Below, piece after piece: positions 25,450 through 33,416 of a DNA stretch of 64,000 nucleotides (positions are counted from its first letter, which is position 1; every line of letters starts with the position of its first letter). The position numbers and the translations under genes are program-made. The notes under the pieces are model-generated. The model did not search any database and was not told the DNA's origin. It worked only from the letters and a program-made list of their open reading frames with translations. The DNA comes from Ilumatobacteraceae bacterium. GTDB lineage: Bacteria > Actinomycetota > Acidimicrobiia > Acidimicrobiales > Ilumatobacteraceae. The stretch is taken from contig JBIOUO010000009.1 of assembly GCA_044867195.1 (NCBI GenBank), positions 297 through 64,296 on the forward strand, written 5' to 3'.

Positions 25450-27054
25450 TCAGCCGGCAGGCACGGCTCCGGCAGCCAGCGGTTCGAGGGTGAGCTCGGG
25501 TTCGTCCTGCTCGAGGCGAGCGAGCCGGTAGCGGTTCTCGAACAGGGCGACCATCGCCCCGTCGGAGCGGTGGAGGATGCGGATCCCGCCGATCTCGCGC
25601 AGGCGGGGCGCGGATCGTGGGTCGGTGCGCCGGATGGCCTGGTATCCGGCGCTGAGGATCTCGGCTGGGGCGTGGAACTCGCTCGCCAGGCGGTGGCCGA
25701 AGACCTCGAACTGCAACGCGCCGACGGCGGCGAGGATCGAGCCCGTGTCGCCGGTATCTGGATCACGGAGGACCTGGACCACGCCTTCCTCGTCGAGTTG
25801 GGCGAGACCGCGGCGGAACTGCTTGGCGCGGCCCGTGTCGAGCGGGCGGGCGGTCGCGAACACCTCTGGCGAGAACCGGGGGATCGGGGGATACGTCACT
25901 GGGGCGGAGTCCGGCCCGGCGGCGTAGATCGTGTCGCCGAGCTGGAGTCCGGTCGCGTTGACGAGCCCGACGACGTCACCGGGGAAGGCCTCCTCCACGG
26001 TCTCGCGGTCGGCGCCGAACGCCGTCGTCGCGTATTTCGTCGTCAGCTCTCGCCCGGTGCGGTCGCAGACCACCGTCATACCGCGGTCGAACCGTCCCGA
26101 GCAGATGCGGGCGAACGCCAGCCGGTCGCGGTGGGCGGGGTCCATGTTGGCCTGGACCTTGAACACGAACGCCGAGAACCCGCTCTCGAGCGGACGCGGC
26201 TCGTTCGTGATGTCTCTGCGGCCGGCCGGTGCCGGGGCGAGGTCGACGACGGCGTCGAGCAGCATCCGCACGCCGAAGTTGGTGAGGGCCGACCCGACGA
26301 ACAGCGGCGTCGAGTCGCCGGCCAGGAAGGAAGGGACGTGGAGGTCGGCCCCGACGGCGTCGAGGAGGGCCAGCTCGTCGTGTGCGGTCCGCCATGCCTC
26401 CCCCTCCGCGGCGGACGCGAGCTCCATCGGGACGCGCTCCTCCGGCGACAGCGAGGCGCCACGGCGGGTGCGCGTGAACCGCACGTACTCGCCGGTCTGC
26501 CGGTCGGCCAGGCCGCGCAGGTCGCCGGAGGCGCCGACGGGCCACGTCACGGGCGTCGGCCGCAGCCCGATCTGGTCTTCGATCTCGTCCAGCAGCTCGA
26601 GCGGGTCGCGGCCGGGACGGTCGTACTTGTTGAGGAACGTGAGCACCGGTAGTCGCCGGGCGCGGCAGACCTCGAACAGCTTGCGGGTCTGGGATTCGAC
26701 GCCCTTGGCCGTGTCGAGAACCATGACGACGGCGTCGACGCCGGCGAGGACGCGGTAGGTGTCCTCGGAGAAGTCCCGGTGGCCCGGCGTGTCGAGCAGG
26801 TTCACGACGTGGTCGCGATAGGGAAACTGGAGCACCGTCGAGCTGATCGAGATCCCGCGTTGGCGCTCCAGCTCCATCCAGTCCGACGTCGCCGACCGCC
26901 GGCCGTCGCGCGCCTTGACCGCGCCGGCCCGCTGCACCGCCCCTGCGTAGAGCAGGAACTTCTCGGTCAGCGTGGTCTTGCCGGCGTCAGGGTGACTGAT
27001 GATGGCGAACGTGCGCCGCCGCGCCGCCTCATGCCGCACCCGATCCCGGTCCAC
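25450..27054 (-). CDS. prfC: peptide chain release factor 3
   Basis: 534 aa with RRTFAIISHPDAGKTTLTEKFLLYAGA, LLDTPGHRDF and LNKYDR GTPase motifs, and RF3-like length and C-terminal domains. Confidence 0.95.
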   Translation of the reverse strand: MDRDRVRHEAARRRTFAIISHPDAGKTTLTEKFLLYAGAVQRAGAVKARDGRRSATSDWMELERQRGISISSTVLQFPYRDHVVNLLDTPGHRDFSEDTYRVLAGVDAVVMVLDTAKGVESQTRKLFEVCRARRLPVLTFLNKYDRPGRDPLELLDEIEDQIGLRPTPVTWPVGASGDLRGLADRQTGEYVRFTRTRRGASLSPEERVPMELASAAEGEAWRTAHDELALLDAVGADLHVPSFLAGDSTPLFVGSALTNFGVRMLLDAVVDLAPAPAGRRDITNEPRPLESGFSAFVFKVQANMDPAHRDRLAFARICSGRFDRGMTVVCDRTGRELTTKYATTAFGADRETVEEAFPGDVVGLVNATGLQLGDTIYAAGPDSAPVTYPPIPRFSPEVFATARPLDTGRAKQFRRGLAQLDEEGVVQVLRDPDTGDTGSILAAVGALQFEVFGHRLASEFHAPAEILSAGYQAIRRTDPRSAPRLREIGGIRILHRSDGAMVALFENRYRLARLEQDEPELTLEPLAAGAVPAG

Positions 27055-27117
27055 GATCGATCGACGCTACCGGCGCGCCCGTTCGGATCAGCGTGTGGCC
27101 GTCGTAGCGTTGGCTCC

Positions 27118-27477
27118 ATGCCCGATGCGCCCGATGCGCCCGACACGCCTACGCCCGACACGTCCGCCGGCCCTCCGGTCATCACCGACGCCGCCGACGA
27201 CCACCGCTACGAGATCCGCCTCGACGGCCAGCTCGCCGGCTACGCGATCTACCACCGGCGAGGCGGGCGGGCTTACTTCGTCCACACCGAGATCGACCCG
27301 GCGTTCGAGGGCAAGGGACTCGGCTCGGCGTTGGCGAGGGGCGCGCTCGATGCCGAGCAGGCGCTCGACGAACGAGTCGTGCCGCTGTGCCCGTTCATCC
27401 GCAGCTACATCGACCGCCACCCCGACTACGCCGACCTCGTCGACCACGCAATGCTCGACGCCATCGACGGGCGATGA
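27118..27477 (+). CDS. GNAT-family N-acetyltransferase (small YjdJ-like type)
   Basis: In-frame part of ORF 26779..27477, from ATG 27118. Contains HRYEIRLDGQLAGYAIY, VHTEIDPAFEGKGLGSALARGAL and VPLCPFIRSYI. Confidence 0.8.
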   Translation: MPDAPDAPDTPTPDTSAGPPVITDAADDHRYEIRLDGQLAGYAIYHRRGGRAYFVHTEIDPAFEGKGLGSALARGALDAEQALDERVVPLCPFIRSYIDRHPDYADLVDHAMLDAIDGR

Positions 27478-27502
27478 TGCATGTGGCTTGAGCGGCCGAC
27501 AC

Positions 27503-27587
27503 GCCCGGGTGGCGGAACTGGCAGACGCGGGGGGCTTAAACCCCTCTGACCGCAAGGTCGTGTGGGTTCGAACCCCACCCCGGGCAC
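27503..27587 (+). tRNA. tRNA-Leu (anticodon UAA)
   Basis: Manual fold. Acceptor GCCCGGG/CCCGGGC, D arm GCG..CGC, anticodon stem GGGGG/CCCUC with loop CUUAAAC (anticodon UAA). Long variable arm (UGACCGCAAGGUCGUG), T arm UGGGG UUCGAAC CCCCA, discriminator A. No encoded CCA. Confidence 0.9.
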
Positions 27588-27817
27588 CTATCTACCAGGG
27601 CTTCTTCAATACGATGCCGGTGCCGACACGGCTCAACGACGGGTCAGCGTGCACACAGGTGCACAGAGGGTCGGGACGCCGTAGGACTGCCGGCCCGTGG
27701 GAAGTGGTTCGGTGTTCCGCAAGGGCGCCGGGTGGGCGTACCGAGTCGACGCCGGCTAACGCGGCTGACGGGGCTCAGACCGTTCCGCGCTGCGATCGGG
27801 TGTGGCGCGGACCGACG

Positions 27818-28198
27818 TCACAGCACTTCGATGTGGATGTCCGTCGCGTGCGCGGCGAGGGCCTCAAGGTCGGCCCGGTCACCGGTGAGGACGGTGCCGC
27901 CGGGCTCGGCGAACGCGACGAGCAGTGCATCGACGGCGGACCCGGCATGAGCTTTTCGACGCAGTTCGGCAGCTCGCCTAGCCATGCGCTCGGTGACCTC
28001 ACCGTGGATGATGCACGTCTTGAGAAAGCGGTTCGCGTTGGCGTCGCGGCCGGAATCGCCTTGCAGCGATTCGACGAGTACCACTGTTGGCACGATCGGT
28101 GGCCACAGACCAGCGTTGTTGAACGCGTTGATGAGCGACAGCGCGGTCTTGGTCCGCGACGCCAGGCGGGTGAGGGCACCGCTGTCGAGGACGAGCAC
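27818..28198 (-). CDS. PIN-domain toxin (VapC-like)
   Basis: 126 aa with LVLDSGALT (first Asp), VLVESL and TVLTGDRADLEAL. GTG start lies 2 nt after the antitoxin stop. Confidence 0.8.
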   Translation of the reverse strand: MLVLDSGALTRLASRTKTALSLINAFNNAGLWPPIVPTVVLVESLQGDSGRDANANRFLKTCIIHGEVTERMARRAAELRRKAHAGSAVDALLVAFAEPGGTVLTGDRADLEALAAHATDIHIEVL

Positions 28199-28200
28199 CG

Positions 28201-28449
28201 TCAGCGGGCTTGGCTGAGTTCTCGTGCTCGCACTCGACGGGCGATCGCCTCCGCGTGGGTCGTTTGTCGTGCGCTGGGTTCGCCGACGTCTGCGGCGAGA
28301 TCTGCGAGGTAGGCGGTGGTGGCGTCGAGAGCATCCTGGCGTTCGAGTTCGGCTCGCAGGGCGATCTGGAGCAGTTCGGAGGCCGGCAGTCCGCGCCGCT
28401 TCAGCTCGTCGTGAAGGTCGTCGGGAAGATACACCTGCACCCTTGGCAT
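28201..28449 (-). CDS. ribbon-helix-helix type II antitoxin
   Basis: In-frame part of ORF 28201..28644, from ATG 28447-28449: MPRVQVYLPDDLHDELKRRGLPASELLQIALRAEL..., 82 aa. Confidence 0.75.
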   Translation of the reverse strand: MPRVQVYLPDDLHDELKRRGLPASELLQIALRAELERQDALDATTAYLADLAADVGEPSARQTTHAEAIARRVRARELSQAR

Positions 28450-28785
28450 GCGCCCAACTATACGCATAACTGGCCCGTCAACGTCGTCGTGTCTGACAAC
28501 GCCGTCCATTCCCGGATGTGGTCGCGAGCGCCAGTGTGCACCGAATGTGCACGGGACTGGGGCGCAGCCGCGCGCACGGCGGCGTACGAGCTCCCGGACG
28601 AGTGCGGGAGGTGCTGGGTCATCGCCGGCGCCAGCGCCGCTCATCGCGCCAATCTCATCGCCCGAACGGCCGGTGCACGGCCGTGAGCCAGCGCGATGGC
28701 GACGTAGACGCCGACGTCACTCACGCCGCCAGCATCGGGCGGCGCTGGCTGGAGCCGAACGCACGGCTCGATGCGCTGAGCTCGT

Positions 28786-29442
28786 TCAGGCGACCGGCAG
28801 TGTGACGAGCCGGGTGGCGGCGAACGCCAGCACGAGAGCCGCGCCGGCGAGCAGCAACACGCGGGCCGTGCGCACTCGGAACGAGGTTGTTATTCCGGCG
28901 AGGAACAGCGACGCGGCGAGGAGCAGCGTCGTCAGCACGTAGTCGTCGGCATTCTCCTGCGCCTCCTGGCTCTCGGCCTCCAGCGCCGCCGCCTGTCCCT
29001 TGGCTGCCTCGTATCGTGCCAGCTGCTCGTCGAGGTACGCCCGGTCCTCGAGCAGGTTCGGTGGATGTTCGCCTTCGGCGATCTGCGCTTCCCAGCGGTC
29101 GATCACCGGCAGGAACTCGGGCCGGACCAGTGTCGAGCGGTAGAACGCGACCAGCCGATCATCGCCTGCGGTCACCGCCGCGGCGTATTGGGCGACGATC
29201 ATGCTGTCGTACGACACAGTTTGCGTCGCCAGCCCAAACAGGCGCGCCGCCTCGGTCTCCTCGCTTGCCGCCTCGTTGGAGAGCCGTCCCTGCTCACTGT
29301 TCCAGCGAGTCGCCTGGTATCCGCACCATGCTGTGCCGACGGTGGCGATGCCGAGCAGCACGACGGCCATGATCTCGAGCAGGCGGTCGCCTCGCCTGGC
29401 GCGCTGGGCGGCGATCACGGCAACCGCGGATCCGGTCGTCAT
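28786..29442 (-). CDS. membrane protein of unknown function (two TM helices flanking a helical Glu/Ala-rich domain)
   Basis: 218 aa with hydrophobic segments LLEIMAVVLLGIATVGTAWCGY and VLTTLLLAASLFLAGITT...LLLAGAALVLAFAA. Shares a 4-nt overlap with the upstream SPFH gene. Confidence 0.6.
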   Translation of the reverse strand: MTTGSAVAVIAAQRARRGDRLLEIMAVVLLGIATVGTAWCGYQATRWNSEQGRLSNEAASEETEAARLFGLATQTVSYDSMIVAQYAAAVTAGDDRLVAFYRSTLVRPEFLPVIDRWEAQIAEGEHPPNLLEDRAYLDEQLARYEAAKGQAAALEAESQEAQENADDYVLTTLLLAASLFLAGITTSFRVRTARVLLLAGAALVLAFAATRLVTLPVA

Positions 29443-30347
29443 CGCGACTCGCTCGGCGTCGTGACGCCGCCATCGTCCGACACCTCACCGGCCGCCGGCT
29501 CCAGTGCCGGCGCCGTGGGCGTCGGCGTGGGCGTCGCCGGTGGGCGCGGGGCGGCCATCACCGCCGACCGCTGGTCGGCGAGATCGCGCCACGAGTCCAC
29601 CTCGCGGTAGCGCAGGGCCGCGGCGCTGGTCACCGGATCGACGAAGGGTCGCAGGTCGGCGTCGATACGGGCGCGAGCGATCCGCATCGCCGCCTCGGCC
29701 TCCTCGCGCTCCAGCTCCAGGCGGGCGCGCACGGTTGCCTGCACGACGTCACCCGTGCGGCCGAGGTCGAGATCCCCCAGCGCGAACAACGACACGACGA
29801 AGCCATCGCCGCAGAGCGCGTCGCGCACCGCCTCAGTCAGCGTCTGTTCGAGACCGAGGCGGGACGGACCGAAGAGGTCGTCGACTCCGAACCGTGGGTC
29901 GCCGACCACCGCACGCACGACACGGCCACTGGCGTCGCGGACCGCCGCCCAGATCCCATCGGGACCGAAGCGCTCGTGAACCCCGCGTAGCTTGGCCATG
30001 TCGAGGCGGAAGCGCACGGTGTAGCCGACGATCGCCTCCGTGCGGTCGCCCAGCGTGACGACCAGCGGTGGCCCGGCTTGCTCGACGCTGTCGTCGGACA
30101 CTGGCCCGGTCCACACGTCCCCGGCTCGATAGGCGAGCTCGTTCGCCGGGTAGTCGGCCACAGTCCGTCGCCGCAGGGCCGGCACCCAGTGCGGCCCCGG
30201 ACCGAGCACCTTGTCCGTCGGCGCCCCGTGCACCAGCAACAGGCCGATCCGGTTGACTGGGATGCGGACGATCGACTCGTCCAGCAACAGCCAGACGAGA
30301 ATCCCCAGCAGCGGCAACGTCACGGCTAGGAAGATCACCCAGGCCAT
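29439..30347 (-). CDS. SPFH/band-7 domain protein
   Basis: 302 aa. N-terminal TM helix MAWVIFLAVTLPLLGILVWLLL, then an SPFH-like core (IVRIPVNRIGLLLVHG...), a coiled-coil EREEAEAAMRIARARI and a Pro-rich tail. Confidence 0.75.
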   Translation of the reverse strand: MAWVIFLAVTLPLLGILVWLLLDESIVRIPVNRIGLLLVHGAPTDKVLGPGPHWVPALRRRTVADYPANELAYRAGDVWTGPVSDDSVEQAGPPLVVTLGDRTEAIVGYTVRFRLDMAKLRGVHERFGPDGIWAAVRDASGRVVRAVVGDPRFGVDDLFGPSRLGLEQTLTEAVRDALCGDGFVVSLFALGDLDLGRTGDVVQATVRARLELEREEAEAAMRIARARIDADLRPFVDPVTSAAALRYREVDSWRDLADQRSAVMAAPRPPATPTPTPTAPALEPAAGEVSDDGGVTTPSESR

Positions 30348-30556
30348 CAGCCAACCCCCTCACGTTCGTGGCCGCCACGGCGGCGGCCTCCATGCGTCTC
30401 TCGTCAGAATTCTGGCGGAGCTGACGGCGGTGGCGACGACGCGGCTGGCCCCGAGGCCGTCAGCATCGGATGCGCGTCCTGGATGCGCGGGGTCTGGTAT
30501 GCACAAGTTCAGTCGGTTCTGTCCGGAGCCGAGAGACACCCACGAGGAGGACGGTC

Positions 30557-30778
30557 GTGAGCGAGGAGCTGTTCGAGGTGACCGAGGCACAGCTGCTCAG
30601 CCGCGAGGCGGCCGCGGCTCGGCTACGGCAGTTGGCCGATCAGCTCGCTCGCCACAACGAGATCGAGTTCGTGAAGGACGGCATCCGGGGCGCGGTTCGG
30701 GTGCCCGATCAGGTCACGTTGAAGATCGAGGTGGAGGTGGGCGAAGAGTCCGAGATCGAGTTCGAGTTGACCTGGTAA
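30557..30778 (+). CDS. amphi-Trp domain-containing protein
   Basis: In-frame part of ORF 30470..30778, from GTG 30557, which is preceded by GAGGAGGA. 73 aa: ...RLRQLADQLARHNEIEFVKDGIRGAVRVPDQVTLKIEVEVGEESEIEFELTW, with the typical C-terminal ...E.EL.W. Confidence 0.7.
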   Translation: MSEELFEVTEAQLLSREAAAARLRQLADQLARHNEIEFVKDGIRGAVRVPDQVTLKIEVEVGEESEIEFELTW

Positions 30779-30817
30779 CCGTGGTGCCCGCGTCCCTCAC
30801 CGTCGTCACCCGCCGAG

Positions 30818-31201
30818 TCAGATGCGTTCGACCGTGAGCTTGATTCGTGCGGCCTTGGCGATCGCGTCGATGTTTATGTGACTCGAGGTGACGATCGCGT
30901 CGCCGCGCCGAGCGGCGCCCTCGACGACCGTCACGTCGACGATGTCGTCGTGTCCGGCCTTGCCGGCGAGCACCCCGACGGCTCGGGCTTGCTGTTCGGT
31001 GAGCGGCTCGATCGCGCAGAGCCGCACGAACCGGCTGATGCTGGCCTGCCGAGCACCGCCCCGCCACGCCTCCGCGAGCACCGGTGCGGGGACGGTCGGG
31101 ACGACTTCTTCGGCGAGGAACCCGGCATGCAGGGCCCACATGCGCCGGTCGTTGTGGTCGGCGGCGATGAGCGCGCCGGTGTCGTAGGTGACGCCAGCCA
31201 T
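30818..31201 (-). CDS. PIN-domain toxin (VapC-like)
   Basis: In-frame part of ORF 30818..31519, from ATG 31199-31201: MAGVTYDTGALIAAD...VLAEAWRG...DDIVDVTVVEGA...AIVTSSHINID. The usual T(S/G)D motif reads TSS here. Confidence 0.75.
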   Translation of the reverse strand: MAGVTYDTGALIAADHNDRRMWALHAGFLAEEVVPTVPAPVLAEAWRGGARQASISRFVRLCAIEPLTEQQARAVGVLAGKAGHDDIVDVTVVEGAARRGDAIVTSSHINIDAIAKAARIKLTVERI

Positions 31202-31524
31202 CACGCGGACCGGCGAGTGGTTCCGGAGCGGCCGAGCAGTCGGCGGGCTCGAGCGAGGCCGTCGGCGAGCTCGTCGGCGGTGAGTGGGCCGTGTTGGCGC
31301 TCCCACTCGGCGACACCGAGTCGGCCGGCTTCGAGGCGCAGGCGGTGGGCGGCGGTCCCGGCCAGTCAGGCGCTGACGGTGGTGCCTTCCTTGGCAGCAG
31401 CCTGTTCGATCGCCGCGGCGAGGTCGTGGGGAGTGAGATGGAGCGCTTCTGCCGACCGGCCACGTCGCCCATGGTAGTACAGGCGGTACGACAGCGCGGC
31501 GGCTGCAACTGGGTGGCATCTCAT
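31201..31524 (-). pseudogene. RHH-type antitoxin interrupted by an in-frame TGA at 31366-31368
   Basis: Frame of ORF 31366..31878 gives ...AEALHLTPHDLAAAIEQAAAKEGTTVSA, then TGA, then LAGTAAHRLRLEAGRLGVAEWERQHGPLTADELADGLARARRLL...SA. The terminal TGA (31201-31203) overlaps the toxin ATG by 1 nt. The internal TGA falls where this protein type normally has Trp (..VSAWLA..). Confidence 0.6.
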
Positions 31525-31681
31525 ACCGCCTTCTGGGGCGTCATGGTCGCAACACGGGGATTCGAGACTGGGGCCATCCAGAACGCTGGACGGGACGGCC
31601 GGCGGGTTCCGCGCCCGCCGCTCACCGATCCGGGATGGCCGCGGTGGGACTGTTTCGGGACCCGAAGGCGTTGTCGGACGC

Positions 31682-32308
31682 ATGAGCATCGAGCGTCTGT
31701 CGGAGACCCGGCTGTTGACCGTGTGCGGAAGCCTGCAGCGCCGGTCGGCGAACCGTGCCGCCCTTGACGCCGCGTCCGCGGCGGCCAGCGCCGCAGGCGC
31801 GGCTGTGGTCGCGTTCGACCGCCTCGCTGAGGTGCCGGCGTTCGATCCCGACCGGGGCGAGGAGCGGATCGAGGTCATCGGCGAGTGGCGGCGTCTGGTC
31901 GCGGCGAGCGACGTCGTCCTCGTGGCCGCCCCGGAGTATGCCGGCGGTGTCGCCGGAGCCGTGAAGAACGCGTTCGACTGGTTGGTCGGGTCGGGCGAGC
32001 TCTACCGCAAGCCGGTCGCCGTGATCAGCGCCGGGACCTCGGGCGGCATGCACGCCCGCCGCATGATGGCCCAGACGCTCACCTGGCAGGGGGCGTACGT
32101 TGTGGGTCAGCTCGGCATCGATGCGCCGCGCACCAAGTCCGACACACGCGGCATGTTGAACGACGAGCCGACGCTCGCCGCGCTGGAGTCGTTGACCCAG
32201 GTGCTGCTCGGCGCGCCAGCCCTGCCCGCGGATGAGCTGGTCGCCCTCGCCACGCGCGAGGGCGACGCGCTCGGCATCGACGTCGTCCACGTCGCCCCAG
32301 CCGGCTGA
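31682..32308 (+). CDS. NADPH-dependent FMN reductase-family oxidoreductase
   Basis: 208 aa with LLTVCGSLQRRSANRA, VLVAAPEYAGGVAGAVKNAFDWL and KPVAVISAGTSGG. Confidence 0.85.
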   Translation: MSIERLSETRLLTVCGSLQRRSANRAALDAASAAASAAGAAVVAFDRLAEVPAFDPDRGEERIEVIGEWRRLVAASDVVLVAAPEYAGGVAGAVKNAFDWLVGSGELYRKPVAVISAGTSGGMHARRMMAQTLTWQGAYVVGQLGIDAPRTKSDTRGMLNDEPTLAALESLTQVLLGAPALPADELVALATREGDALGIDVVHVAPAG

Positions 32309-32341
32309 TCGATGCCTGCCGTCATCAGCGATCACACGGGT

Positions 32342-32830
32342 TCACGGGGCGCCGCCGGGAAAGAGCGGCGCCCTGCCGGGGTCGATCTCGCCGTGGGCGA
32401 CGCCGCTCATCACCCGGATGCAGTCGGCACGCGTCTGCAGAACATACGTCTCGGCGAACTGCAAGGTGATCGGGTACGGGCCGAAGCGCGGCTCGATGCC
32501 GGTGCGGCACTGGGCGGCGATGGCGGCCGTCGAGAGTTGGCCATCGCCGTGAGCCCAGCTGCTCGCGCACCCACCCGTCGTCGGCACCTGGCGCACGTAC
32601 GTACCGTCCGCCGCCCCGGTTGCGCCCGCGTACTGGGCGGTGTACTCGATGGCGAACCAGTTCCCGTCCGCGCACGCCTGCCCGGGCGGGTCCGACGCCG
32701 CTCCCGCTGCCGCCACGAGCGGCGGTGACGTCATCATCGACGCCGCGGCGACCGCCAGCCCGGACGCCATCACAAGCCACCGGTTGCGAACGCCTGTCTT
32801 GCCCGCCATGCCCGCCCCCATTCCTCGCAT
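32342..32830 (-). CDS. secreted protein of unknown function
   Basis: 162 aa with a signal-peptide-like region WLVMASGLAVAAASMMTSPPLVAAAG and four Cys in the mature part. Start is ambiguous (Met at codons 1, 4, 8 and 21). Confidence 0.55.
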   Translation of the reverse strand: MRGMGAGMAGKTGVRNRWLVMASGLAVAAASMMTSPPLVAAAGAASDPPGQACADGNWFAIEYTAQYAGATGAADGTYVRQVPTTGGCASSWAHGDGQLSTAAIAAQCRTGIEPRFGPYPITLQFAETYVLQTRADCIRVMSGVAHGEIDPGRAPLFPGGAP

Positions 32831-32834
32831 CCGA

Positions 32835-32870
32835 CTACACCCGCTACACCCGCTACACCCGCTACACCCG
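32835..32870. repeat. 9-bp tandem repeat (CTACACCCG) x 4, immediately upstream of the 32830 start codon
   Basis: Read directly as ccga CTACACCCG CTACACCCG CTACACCCG CTACACCCG cgac. On the coding (minus) strand this is CGGGTGTAG x4, ending 4 nt before the ATG. Confidence 0.9.
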
Positions 32871-32971
32871 CGACGACAGAACGTACCGCGCGACGCACGC
32901 CGCGGAAAGTCGCGCCGACGGGGCCGGCACCACCGCAGGGCGGGCGGCGAGGCCGGCGCGATCGGGTGAGA

Positions 32972-33256
32972 TCAGCTGGCGACGGCGCGGGCAGACTGCG
33001 GGCCGAACTCGGCGGCGACGACCGACACCGTGTTGGCGGGGAAGCCGCCGCGACGGGCGTGCTCGCGAATCGTCTCGGCGTCCTCGGCCTCGTGCACGCA
33101 GTACACCTTGTCGCCGGCGACGAAGCTGTTGACCCACCGGTACGGGACGCCCAGCGAGGCGACGGCGTCGTTGGACGTGGCGGCGATCTCGGCGAGCTGA
33201 TCCTCCGTGAGCTCGGACGCACCGGGGATCTCGCGCTCGATCATGAACCTCAGCAT
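32972..33256 (-). CDS. DUF4242-like small protein
   Basis: In-frame part of ORF 32972..33661, from ATG 33254-33256: MLRFMIEREIPGASELTEDQLAEIA...YCVHEAEDAETIREHARRGGFPAN, 94 aa. Confidence 0.75.
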   Translation of the reverse strand: MLRFMIEREIPGASELTEDQLAEIAATSNDAVASLGVPYRWVNSFVAGDKVYCVHEAEDAETIREHARRGGFPANTVSVVAAEFGPQSARAVAS

Positions 33257-33416
33257 TGCTCTGTCTCCTGTTGTGCTCGGCCTCCGGCGGTCGCCGGTCG
33301 GCGTCGCCAACGATGCGTTCACGCGACCGCACCGCGCATCGGGAGACGCTCCCCATCTTTCGCGATCGGCCCCCCAATCGGCGGCCCAACGGAGCTGCTC
33401 GATACGCTCCGGGGGC

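Noticed and set aside
27588-27817. Integrase or prophage remnant immediately 3' of tRNA-Leu
   Set aside because: No frame gives integrase-like sequence, and I could not find a direct repeat of the tRNA 3' end. Only the gene content suggests an island.
31366-31368. Internal TGA in the antitoxin as selenocysteine or Trp recoding
   Set aside because: There is no SECIS-like hairpin immediately downstream. Every other gene in the window uses TGA as a normal stop. A simple TGG-to-TGA nonsense mutation or a sequencing error is the parsimonious explanation.
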